Below, piece by piece: positions 1 through 12,180 of a stretch of 64,000 nucleotides of DNA (positions are counted from its first letter, which is position 1; each line of letters starts with the position of its first letter). Origin of the DNA: the human T2T-CHM13v2.0 reference genome, Homo sapiens. Location: assembly GCF_009914755.1 (NCBI RefSeq), contig NC_060928.1, one strand, 5' to 3'. Below the pieces are notes generated by a model. That model was given only the letters and a program-made list of their open reading frames with translations. It was not told the origin of the DNA and ran no database searches. Position numbers and translations under genes: made by a program.

Positions 1-400
1 TGATGCACTGGGAATAGCACCATGTGTTCCTGTGGTATTCCTGCAGAAAAAGCAAAACTGGAATTTAATCTTGAGGAATCAGCAAACAAACCCACACTGA
101 GGGACATTCCATAAAATAAGTGTCCTATAATTTTTTTAAATCTCAAGATTAAAAACAATGGTTGAGAAACTCTTTCAGATTGAAGTAATCTAGAGAACCA
201 TGATAACAAGTCCAGTGGAGGGTCCTGGAGTGAGTGAGGAACCAAGGAAAAAATTGGGACAGCCAGCCAAAGCGAATATGGACCATGGATAATGTGATAT
301 ATAGTATCAATATCACACGCCAAAATGGGATCATTGTACTATAGTTATGTCAGAGAATGTCCTTCTGGGGAAATACATGTGAAGAGAATATTTTTCTCAA
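1..400 (+). mobile_element. Old L1 3'UTR fragment (L1MC4/L1MD-like)
   Basis: Motif 'aatcttgaggaatcagcaaacaaacccacactgagggacattcc' resembles the L1MC-type 3'UTR; heavily diverged, ends approximate. Confidence 0.65.
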
Positions 401-803
401 AATAATAGAAAACAAAACTTGAAAGAGATTTCTACTATATTCTATGTGGATGGAGTAAAAGAAGTAAAGTTAGAGAGTAGCACACTATTTTTTTCAATGT
501 TTCCAATGACATTCAAAAATATAAGTAATGGGAAGATAGCCACATTTACAGTAATCTCTATTATCATTCTTAATAAAAAAAGTTTAATTATCCATGAAAG
601 ACACTATTTACAACCCATATTTATTATTCTGCCTAAGATAGCAAATGTGTTTTTCAGTTTATGACAGGCAACCGATATTATTAGAAATTATAAAGAAGAC
701 AAAAGTCAAATTTCATTTAAAATATCTGCTTTCAGTAAAGTGTCAAGCATTCTTAGACTTGAGCTAACATAAAAGATATTTGACTTTGAGTGATATTTTA
801 CAG

Positions 804-900
804 ATACATGTACACATGTGTCTACATACATATGTATACATATACACACACATATATATACACACACATCCATGTTCATAAACACATATAAAATGCACAC
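804..900. repeat. Degenerate (CA/TA)n low-complexity tract
   Basis: Run of atacatgtacacatg...tatacacacacatatatatacacacac. Confidence 0.8.
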
Positions 901-1316
901 ATTTAAAGTAAACATTCTATTTTTTGAGATTTTTCTAAAGAAATAAGACCTCCAGAACAGTCAAAAGTAGACTACCACCACTTGGCACTCAACACTGGTA
1001 ACCCTGAAAGGATGAACGTTTGGAGATTTTTTGGTTTATTATATCTGAACGTGAAGGTATAGTATCTTGAAAAAGATAATGGCCTCTCCTGACCACAAAG
1101 CTCCTACAATTTATGGAAAAAATAAATAACTAATTGCATAATTCCTGAGTGCTTTTGTCTAATCTTGGGCTTAGTGCTGGTTGTTATTAAATATTTCCTG
1201 AATTACTCATGTAAGATACATCAAAAGTAACCAAAGAAGTTATTTTCAGCATCTTCAGAAGGTACATCAATTTTAAAATTTGCCATTTCTTAGTTCACCT
1301 TAAACCAGACGGATAT

Positions 1317-2121
1317 TGTAAGAAAGGGAAATTTTTTCCTCTACCCTCGTAAGTTCAGTGGCTGGTGCCCTGCAAGTTAAACCTACAAAAGGGAGATTAA
1401 CAGGAAAAATCATTTATCACATATGCATATGAAGTCCTTCATAGAAAAAAAGCAAAGACCCAAAAAAGCAGTTAAACCCAGGGATACACAGCATTTTAAC
1501 ATAGAGCAACAAACTGTGGAAGTGACAAGATGAAGGAAAACAGGATTAGGCTTTTAAGGGTGGTTAATTGTGGGAAGGTAAATCTGTAGGAGAAACTAAT
1601 GAAAGATAAGGGTTGTTTAGTAAGGTCTGTTATTCAGATTCCTCTCAGTTGCTGTCTCTGGGCTGAGCCTAGGTCAAGCTTGTCCAATCCACTGCCTGTG
1701 GGCTACATGTGGCCCAGAATGGCTTTGAATGCAGCCCAACACAAATTCATAAACTTTCTTAAAAGGTTCTAAGTTTTTTTGTGATTTTTTTTTTCTCATC
1801 AGCTATTGTTAGTGTTAATGTTAGTGTATTTTATGTGTGGCCCAAGACAATTCTTCTTCTTCCACTGTGGCCCAGGGAAGCCAAAAGATTGGACACCCCT
1901 GGAGATCATCTCTGGTGATTACAAACCATTCTCCCTTTCCTGGCACAAGAGAAGGGAGAAGGTGGGGCACCTTCACGAAGGGAAATTTATGACCTGATTT
2001 TAGCCAAATACAGGAGGGTAGAAGTCTTTTCAATGTTTACTGTTTCTCAGTTGCCTTCGGCTCAAAATAATCCTTATGCCAAAGTGCTATATTTTGGGGT
2101 GGCATACTCTGATCCCTTTCA
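1317..2121 (-). mobile_element. ERV1 solo LTR, MER34/MER39-like, interrupted by MER30
   Basis: Reverse complement begins tgaaagggatcagagtatgccaccccaaaatatagcactttggcataaggattattttgagc, typical of the MER34/39 LTR start; TG...CA termini. Confidence 0.75.
1675..1901. mobile_element. MER30 (hAT-Charlie non-autonomous DNA transposon)
   Basis: caagcttgtccaa...tgtggcccagggaagccaaaagattggacacccctg with imperfect terminal inverted repeats. Confidence 0.85.
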
Positions 2122-2371
2122 GTATATATTTTCTAATATTAAGGAATCATCTAAAAATACGGGTCTTCATATTGTCTAAGAATGCTAATTTTGGAAAACC
2201 GCCGATGTTCATGCTTTCCTTTAATTGTGAAGATGCAATGCCTTTTGTCCTTTCGTCATTAAGAAAAAAAGAGCATTTTTGTAGACTTTTACTAAATATC
2301 AGCACTTAGTTTCTTTCTCAATTAGATTGAAACAGCTGGTGTGGACCGCATTTCCCTGTATCTTTGCTTAC

Positions 2372-2594
2372 CAGAAGCATTTGGGAAGTCAACAGAATAA
2401 CATTGCAGCAGGGACTTCTCTTGGTAATGAAAATTGCAGAATGGTTTCAATAAGAGTGAACATTTAAGGCCCATTAAGTCATCTTTCTTATTGTGCTTAA
2501 CACCATCAAATTCAATGAGTGAATCAATGGCCACAGCTGGATGCAAGAAGCATTGAAATTCAAGAACGATGTCACTGCATCAGTGACAACAAGC
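2372..2594 (-). other. Candidate internal exon (223 nt), unknown transcript
   Basis: Minus strand: ctttctgtctttcacccactacttcttag|GCTTG ... GCTTCTG|gtaagc; non-repeat sequence. No transcript evidence available. Confidence 0.35.
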
Positions 2595-3921
2595 CTAAGA
2601 AGTAGTGGGTGAAAGACAGAAAGTCATCACTGAATTTTGATTGTAGCTCAGCATCAGATTAGAGGATGACTTGATATCTCACAATGATTCATTAAACCTA
2701 AGATTCATGATGTCAAGGGAAGGGAAAGACAGCACAAACATTCTTGAATGTTTAGCAGTGAGCACTTAAGGATAAATTTATAATTTGGTTTTGGCTTTTG
2801 ATTTAGTCAAGATAATGCAAACCACAGGATCTTTTCATTTTTATCAGACAAATAGATAAAAACCAATTTTAGAAAACAAGCCTTCAAACTCCAGTGCTCT
2901 TATTTTTCTCTCCTCATTATTTTTTATAGACCGTAACCATGGTGATATTCAGACACACAGCTCTGTTTCTTGCATAGCTTCCAAGCTTGCATGTCTGCAT
3001 GTCACCACCTCCGCACGACAGCAGCCACACTTAGACTCTTTGAAATCCAGTTTTACCTTTCTTTATTTCATTTCCTTGTAATTCTAATGAGTCCAATCCG
3101 ATACTGCAAACTTGGGGCCACCACCAAGCACATCTTTCCCTTCTCAGAGCTGTGGGTGCAGATGCTGCGATTGACTTGGATGGAATTCTACCCTGATGAG
3201 AACCCAAATTAAGTTGGGAAATCTCAGCTACAGAAGTAAGGAACATTATCAGCCACTGAAATAGATGAAAGTGAAGAGCATTTATGACATCACTGAAAGC
3301 AAATTTTGTCTTTCAGATTCTGTTAATAGGTAAAATTACCTTCAGAGTCACAGCAGACCAGCCATCTGCCACAAGAACAAATGACCTGTGGCCATTCCAG
3401 TTAAAAGAGCTAGCATTTCTCCTTAAACCTCATAAGTACAACTTACCTCTTAGCCATTGCAGCTGACAAGCTCAGTGGGTACCTCAAGAATAATTTGGCT
3501 TCTCTGGTGTACCATGGTAGCTTTCTGGCTGCCTTACTACCTCTTCCTGGTCTGTCTTACAGAACACCTGCTGCCTCAGAACACTGGTTTTTCTCTCCTA
3601 CATGCCATTCTTCCACCTCCAATCAGATTCACGTACACATGCATACACCCAAGAGGACTACTTGTTCCCATGAGAGTCCTCTAGTTTTAATTGTGCTCTT
3701 TTCCAATCTCAATCCCAACTAAATCCACTTTATTCCTAGACTCTCCTTGTCTCTCATTAAATTGCTGGTCTCAAAACCGCATCTGTTTGAAGTAGCAGAC
3801 CTTCTAGACATAGTTCAAATGAGCTTGCATCTATATCTGTGTCCTCTGATGTTCCACGAATCCTAAGTCTATTCAATATTCATGCACAGTCAGTCCCAGC
3901 CTCTGCATCAAAAATCAAAAC

Positions 3922-4384
3922 TGTGGATAGGAGTTGAGGACATGCTACCCCCAAATATGACACCTTGGCATTTGCGAAAACAGCAGAAGCAGGAAAGTCA
4001 CTCTCACCTTCTCTTGCCCTTCTGTCCTGAAACAGGTCATAAAACCCTCCGGTGAGAAAGGAATATCCTCTTATCTGAAGGCACAGGGGCAAAGAAAGAA
4101 AACTGAACCAACAGGCTTGCTATGTTTCTTCTGGTTTATTACTATTAGATCACACTTTATATCCAATCTTTATGACTATTTACTTCTTCATCAAACCTAG
4201 CATAAAAGATAAACATGTTTATCTATTTCTTTGGGTCTTCATTTACTTATGAAGGCTCCCATGTCACATAAAAGGTGTATTAAATAAGTTCGTATGCTTT
4301 TTCCTCCTTATTCTGTCTTTTGTTATAGGGGCCTCAGCCATAAACCTACGATGGGTAAGGGAAATATATTCTTCGTCTCCTACA
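3922..4384 (+). mobile_element. ERV1 solo LTR, MER39-like
   Basis: gacatgctacccccaaatatgacaccttggca...cagcagaagcaggaaagtcactctcacc...gaaggctcccatgtcacataaaa...ctcctaca. Confidence 0.8.
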
Positions 4385-6411
4385 CTGTTGAATAGTAAAG
4401 GATTTTTAGGGTTAACAGGAAGCAGGGAAGAAGTGAATGTAAAGACTGAATGTGAGCAGAGAAAAACAGTAAATGTAGAAAAAAGAATATATTAACGAAT
4501 AACTATTTGGCCATAGTTATCATGTTATATATAATATCACTTATTACTATGTAATTTATGAAAACGTGTCAAGTCTCCATTTGTCTAGTGATAATTTTTT
4601 AAAATGCAATCTATTTTAAACAAACTAGAGATTCTAAATAATTTGTCCACAGCAGATGCCCTATTACCACTCATACACAAATCCCAACATACTAATGATG
4701 TCATGCCTATGAATGGGGCAGTCTATTTCTAACTTATCTGACCTTGAACATGCCTAGATTCTTCAGATCCCTGTGTCTTCTATATCCTCATCTGCAAAGT
4801 GAAATTGATTAGAAGACTGCCAATATCCTACCAGTCTCTACAGGCTAGTGTTACTCATTCCCCTGGCTTTAATTTGAACACATAAACAAAAATTATCAAA
4901 CATAGACTGAAAATCCTCAAGTTTTCCAAAGTTAAAAAAAAAGACAGTTTAAAAGAAAAGATACCTGATCTAGGGATAAACTTTGAGGAAGAAGAAGTTT
5001 GTATCATCAAAGGGGCCTTTATAGGAAAGTTGCCTTAGCTGGTTCCAGCAAATAGAATCTTTATATTCCTACAAGGATAAAGAAGAAGATCTCAACAAAG
5101 GAAGGATATTTCAACAAAAATTTAAAAGCTATTTTTATGTAGAACTATCACTGAGGCTTTATTTCACATCAACTAAAAATAGACTGTGTGAAAACAATTC
5201 AAATAAATTTGTTATGAACCATATAAGAAAAGATTGTTTTTCTCATATTGTATTGGGCTTTGTCTTTGCAAGAATAATTACTAGAAAATGAGAGTGAGCT
5301 AGCTTTACTGATTTGTTCTCTTATATACCCTATCCGTAAAAGCACACAATGATTTTCTGTTTTCCCATCGCTCTTGAACGAGGATGCTCCCTGTGTTATC
5401 CTGATCACTGCATTTTGCCACTAGAGGCAGACAAAAAAAAAAGGGCGGGGGGGGGGGCAACTAGCTCATAACCAACTTAATCAGGTCTTACTATAACTCA
5501 GAAATAGTAACTGAAAGAAAAAAAATGCTGTTAATACAAGTTCTTTTATTATCGGGAAAGATAGGTCAGAAAATATCACCAATTAGCTAGTAGTCATCAA
5601 TGATTATGTGATAACAGAGAAAAGAGGCGCCTTGACTGAAAAAGGCAAATTTAGCTTTAGTCAAACACATATCAGCGGTTGCTAAGACAGTCCAAATGTT
5701 TTCAGATCCTTTCTCCAACTGGCGCATTTGGATAAGTAGTCATACTTTTCAAAATTTCACATGTATTATCAGATTTAATCATCCCGATAATCTAGGAAGG
5801 TAGAGAAATGCCAGTGTAAATATAGAGTAAGTTTACCATACTTATTCATGAGTAAACTGTTATTAATATATTTGTTTATAAATAAATTCCTTAATGGTAA
5901 CTATGAACATGGAACTGACATGATAGAAGAATGAAAGAAGCTGTGATTCCTACCTTCCATCAGCATACAATATAGGTGAAGGGTGAAAACACAGAGGACA
6001 AAAACATTTTAACACCATGTGGCATATTACTTATGGTTTTACACAATGAAACACAAGTACTAAAGGAAGAGCAATAACGAGAATTCAATTTAAGCTACAG
6101 TAATCTGGAAAAGATTCAAGAAAAAGGTACAGTCCATGGTGAATCACAAAAGTTGGTAGGATTTGCATAGGGCAAACAGAGAGAGATAAACATTTCTTTG
6201 AACAAAACAGGTTAAACAACATATTTAATGAGAAATAATCATAAGTGTATTTACAGTACAGTGAGAATGACATCAAAATATAAATTAAAAAAAGAGAAAC
6301 CAAGTACTACCCTTGTATTAAACATGAAGAGCTCATGGAGTATAATAAAAAGCCCACCTATTTTCCACTGTCACTACAGTTTCAGAGTAGTCCCTGGGGC
6401 ATGTTATGGTC

Positions 6412-6613
6412 CAGTGGTGTGCTAGTAAGCTGACCCTGACTTTCTGGGGGGAAACAGTTCTGATTGGCAGCATTTATCAGTTTCTGTGGCATAAATATGT
6501 CCATGGTGGCCAATTTCAAGCTACAGATGTGCTAATCACAGGATCGCAGTGTTCCTGAATATTTAACAACCATCTCTCTCAAGCCAGTGGAATTCTGCTA
6601 CAGCACACCACTG
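6412..6613. mobile_element. MER63-like hAT MITE
   Basis: Perfect 12-bp terminal inverted repeats cagtggtgtgct (6412-6423) / agcacaccactg (6602-6613). Confidence 0.8.
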
Positions 6614-7167
6614 GTTTCCCTGACCCTTGAAAAAATGTGTTTCTACCATATGTCTTCTCTGGCTATTCTTAGGCTACATAAATTTCAAAGTCTCCAAGTT
6701 GCAAAACACTATCTCCTTTTAATAATAAAAATGATGAAACTCATGTAATAATAAAAGCTTTGAACCTGCTTTGAAGCTGGGCAGGGGTGCAGGTGCTCCC
6801 AGCTTATCTTCTTCGTCCCCTCCTGCTGTTACTCCTCTTCTTAGTCGGGTACATAATTCACTCTCTCAGCCTTACTGGGCTGGTGAATGGAAAGGAAGAA
6901 GAAAGGGGCCCAACAAGCACTGTTTGACTGAGACTATGATGAGCTGGTGTTATAACCACAGGACATGGAATATATATAAAGCAGGTGTGCTCTTTTCATA
7001 TTAACTAGGCTTCTGAAATTTCTGTCTTTAGCACCCTTCTACATGACCTCCCATAATCAGGATGATTGCTTCTCTATTCTAGATATTTTGCTTTCTCCTT
7101 TCTCTGTCCTAAGAAATCAAACAATAATTCCACACTTTTTCTGCTGAAATCTGCCTACCTCTCTAAA

Positions 7168-7371
7168 CCGGAGTTCAACAACTTTTTCTGTACAAGGCCA
7201 GATAATAAATATTTTAGGCTTTATTGGCCAGATGGTCTCTGTAGCAACTACTCTACTCCTATAGCCCGAAGCAGCCATATGCAATCCATAAATGAATGAG
7301 CATGGCTGTGCTCCAAAATTTACAAAGAGGCAATGGGGTTTGGCCCGAGGTCTTGGCATGCCAACCTCTCC
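7168..7371 (+). mobile_element. MER58A-like hAT-Charlie element
   Basis: aactttttctgtacaaggccagataataaatattttaggcttt...gcagccata...aatgagcatggctgtgctccaa. Confidence 0.8.
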
Positions 7372-8764
7372 CTCAGACAGCCTTAAATAACATGTATTAT
7401 GACCCTTGCTGGCTCACCCTTATACACAGTCCATTGCAAATGCTTACACATCCTATGCCCCGATAAACCAGGGTGGTGAAATAACCTCCCAAATCTTGGG
7501 CTGCCTAGGCCAGAAATCACTTAGATTTCTCAGGTGTCTTAGACACCAGTCTATCCAGCCCTCCAAATGATAGGGACATATATTAAGCTTTTCAGCTGAC
7601 GTTAGGATCCTTCTCTTTTGACTTGGACAAAAGGTTTATTACCAGTTTTGGGGGCAGATGAAGGGGTGACGAGAATGAGACTCATAATACAAAATATACA
7701 CTTAAAAAAATCCTCAAAACTCCTCTCTCCATCTCAAAAATATAATACGTTTCATGTCCTAAACATTGGCAAGAGGTTTTTCATCCCCTAGTTTGAAAAT
7801 ACTACTTAAGGCCCAGTAACACCTTGGAATATGTTAGCTATTATCCCCTGCTTTTCAGCTCAAACTTCCATTTTAGCACTCTGTGTAAAAGGTTTAATAG
7901 GAGTATTGGCATAGATCATTGACATAATAAGCCATGTATCCCAAATAAAGTGATTTTTAACTCTATTGACGGAGGAACAATAAAGTAGTTAGGGTGAAAA
8001 GTGATGAGTGACACAAGAAAACTACTCTTTAAGAAAACATAAGTTCAGTTAAGAACTGGTTGTATTGAAAATCAGGAGATATTCTGACAGCAGGGAAATT
8101 AATTAGAAGGTTCTTACAGATAATGTAATAACCCAAACTAGGATTATATGTACGAAGATGGTGACAAAAGTGGGAATATGTAAGAGAGACCAAACATCTG
8201 AAGGTGAGTGATTGCAGGAAATGAAAGAAGAGTGAGTAAACTTTTCTCCCCTTTCAAGTTTAGATGTCAAAAAAATGACAAAAATAAGCAAATCAAGAAG
8301 GGCAGGAAACGGAGTGACAAAGATGATGAATTCTATTCAGGACAGGCATAATTTGAGGTCATTTTAACACATCAAACTGATGTTTTATGCTAAGCTGTGG
8401 CTATATCTATACAGATTTTGAAAGCTAAACAAGTAGATGATACCATGCAGAAACAGGGAAGTTCACACAGCGAAGGAATACAGAAAAGAGAGAGAAGTTT
8501 GGAAATGCTCCCAGCCAGGAGTAGGAAAAAGAAATAAAAATAAACAAGTAAACAAATTGAGTTTATTTTTTATTAACTTTATATGAAATTTTGGGGAATA
8601 AGTAAAGTTTTTAATTTGATAAGGACAAAAAAGTTCCTCAAAGCCAATTTTTAAACATGTTTAAATATTTGTATTCAATATACAAGGAAGATGAGAAATA
8701 CTCTTTTATGTAAAGTAGTAAGATTTGATTTATATACCACTTCTGAGTATCAACTCATGGTTCA

Positions 8765-9091
<327 letters not shown>

Positions 9092-9139
9092 TCAGTACCA
9101 GTTTGATTTCAAAAGACCATATTGTCTACCTGGAAATTC

Positions 9140-9300
9140 ACATCAACTGTCTCAGCCTTATCTCCTCATATTCACAATGATAGTGGATACTGCACCTACA
9201 CCCTAGAATGATGGTGAGAGTTAAATGAGGTAATGCAAATAAGGCAAGAGCATAATACCTGTCACCTTGTAGGTGATAAATAAATGTTAGGTATCATTAT
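9140..9300 (+). mobile_element. MIR relic
   Basis: gtgagagttaaatgaggtaatgca...taaatgttag matches the MIR 3' part. Confidence 0.6.
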
Positions 9301-10355
9301 CATGTTCATTATCAATAAAATGAGAGCAAACACACTTTTCTCTCCTTACTAAAGTACCATATAATTTTTTAATTGCATTTTTCCCTAAAATTTACTTTAT
9401 ATATACATACGTATATGGCAAACTGGTTCTAATGGAAACAAACTCCTAGCATTTTCTGTAGAAAATTTACTAACTCTTCTGCATGAGTAAGATTATAGAC
9501 ATATGTCATTGCAAATAAGTGCAAAATATATTGCTGAATTTCTTTTTATGCATTGTTCTGGTGTCATTTCAAGTTGACCATATGCTTTATAATAACAATC
9601 TGAACCTTCAAGACAAGTGTTTACTACAGGAAAATTCACATCTATAAAAAGATGATTTGTAAACAAACAGAATCACCCACTATGTCTTCCAAGAATTGTG
9701 TCTATGCGTATATATTCATGTGTTTTAATACTTATATATGGAACAAGAATGCATCTATGTAAAGACACTGTGTTATACACATAAGGTCATGTACTTCTGT
9801 TCAGTAACTTGCTCCCTTTCCCAAAGTAGTAGCGGGTAATCCTTTAAGATGTAAACAGATTGATCATGCCTTTGCTCACAACCCTGCAAAGGTTCCCATT
9901 TCATTCAGAATGAAAGTCCAATCCTTGCACTAGCCCAAAGTGCTGAGTGATTTGATACCCTTACATCATCAGCCCCATCTCCCACTACTCATCCACCTAT
10001 TCAATCCGGCCACATCAGCGAATTTGCTTCTCCTAGAACAGACCAGGCCTGTTCCTGCCTCAAGATTCTTGCACGAGCTGTTGTATTTGCTTGGTGCTCT
10101 TGCCCTGCCCCATCCCTTCATCTCCTTCAAGCCTTTGCCAAAACGTCACTTTCTCAATGAGGCCTACTCTGACCACTATATTTAGGATTGTAAACCCACC
10201 CGGATAGCATGGAATTCTCCAACCAACTTCCTTCACCTGCTCTTCTTCCTTTCTCCATCATACCTATCACCTGGTAACAGAATATAAAAAACCCTTGTTT
10301 ATGAAGCATATTTTACTCTTCCCTCTCACCATTGACATCATCAATTCCACGTGAC

Positions 10356-11299
10356 TGTAAACCAAAGAAGTGTCTGAGACAGGTCTCAATCAATTTAGAG
10401 GATTATTTTGCCAAGGTTGAAGGCCTGCCTAGGAAAAAGCCACAGAGACACAAGTCACCATAGGATTTGTGCCCCACATTTTCCCTAAGAGGGTTTTTAG
10501 GGCTTCCACATTTAAGGGAGGAAAAAGTGGGCAGGAGGGGAAAGAGAAAAGGAAAAAAAAATGTGTGGGGGGGGTAGGGATATGTAGTGAGGTGAGTTGT
10601 CACATTTTTGTGAGGCTTTGATTAGTGTTCACTTAATCCTGAATCCACATGCTGCATGTGGAAAGACGGGGTAAAGGAACAGTCAATCATGCATTTGTTT
10701 CATGCTCAGCAAATCAGCATTTTGTTTTGTTTTGTTTTGTTTTTGAGACAGAGTCTCACTCTATAGCCCAGGCTGGAGTGCAGTGGTGTGATCTCGGCTC
10801 ACTGCAACCTCTGCCTCCCGGGTTCAAGTGATTTCTCCTGCTTCTGCCTCCTGAGTAGCTGGGACTACCGGCACATGCCACCACGACCAGTTAATTTTTG
10901 TATTTTGAGTAGAGACAGGGTTTCATCATGTTGGCCTGGCTGCTCTGGAACTCCTGATCTCAAGTGATCTGCCCGCCTTGGCCTCCCAAAGTGCTGGAAT
11001 TACAGGCGTGAGCCACCGCGTCCGCCTGCAAATCTGCATTTTACATAAGATAAAGTAAACATAAGGTAAAGAAAGAAGTCAAATATGCATTTGTCTTGTC
11101 TAGTGCCAGTGAAGATAAGCAGTTAGTTTACATTGTCAGAGTGAGGGGGGGCCACTTGGGGAGATCCGTAGCCTTCTATCTTGCAGCTATCTGTTTAAGA
11201 ACAAAAGGAAAGGTAGTTTTTTGTATGGCTCAGTTTTCAAGCTTAACGTTTCCCTTTGCCATAGTGTTTGCGGCCCCAACATTTTATTTTCCTTTCACA
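10356..11299 (-). mobile_element. ERV1 solo LTR, MER4 family
   Basis: tgtaaaccaaagaagtgtctgagacaggtctcaatcaatttaga ... ttttattttcctttcaca; 4-bp TSD-like tgac/agac. Confidence 0.85.
10723..11027 (-). mobile_element. AluS inserted in the MER4 LTR
   Basis: TSD gcaaatcagcattt / gcaaatctgcattt; (TTTTG)n tail. Confidence 0.95.
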
Positions 11300-11549
11300 A
11301 GACACACCCCAAGCAATAACAATCAAGAACCTAGAAAAGTGACTGGCACAGCGCACATGCTCAATAAATATTTTTACACAAATTTTAATTAATATTGATT
11401 TTAAATGTTGAAAGATATTGCCAAATTGGCCTTCTAAAGCTTTTTTGACTGTTATTTCTTTCCCAAAGACAGAGAAAAATACACAAAATAAAACCACAAT
11501 AGTATTGAGTAAAGAAAGCTTATAATGCAAGTTATGAAAATCAAATGTT

Positions 11550-12180
<631 letters not shown>

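Larger units (their letters stand above)
9830..11375 (+). mobile_element. L2 3' region, split by the MER4 LTR
   Basis: L2-like motifs at 9830-10355; resumes after the LTR with actggcacagcgcacatgctcaataaatattt. Confidence 0.7.

Noticed and set aside
2580-2594. In-frame TGA in a C-C-H-*-C context as possible selenocysteine
   Set aside because: No recognisable selenoprotein similarity, no SECIS identified, and the exon itself is unproven.
1317-4384. Two related LTRs as ends of one provirus
   Set aside because: Opposite orientations, clearly diverged from each other, and no gag, pol or PBS seen between them.
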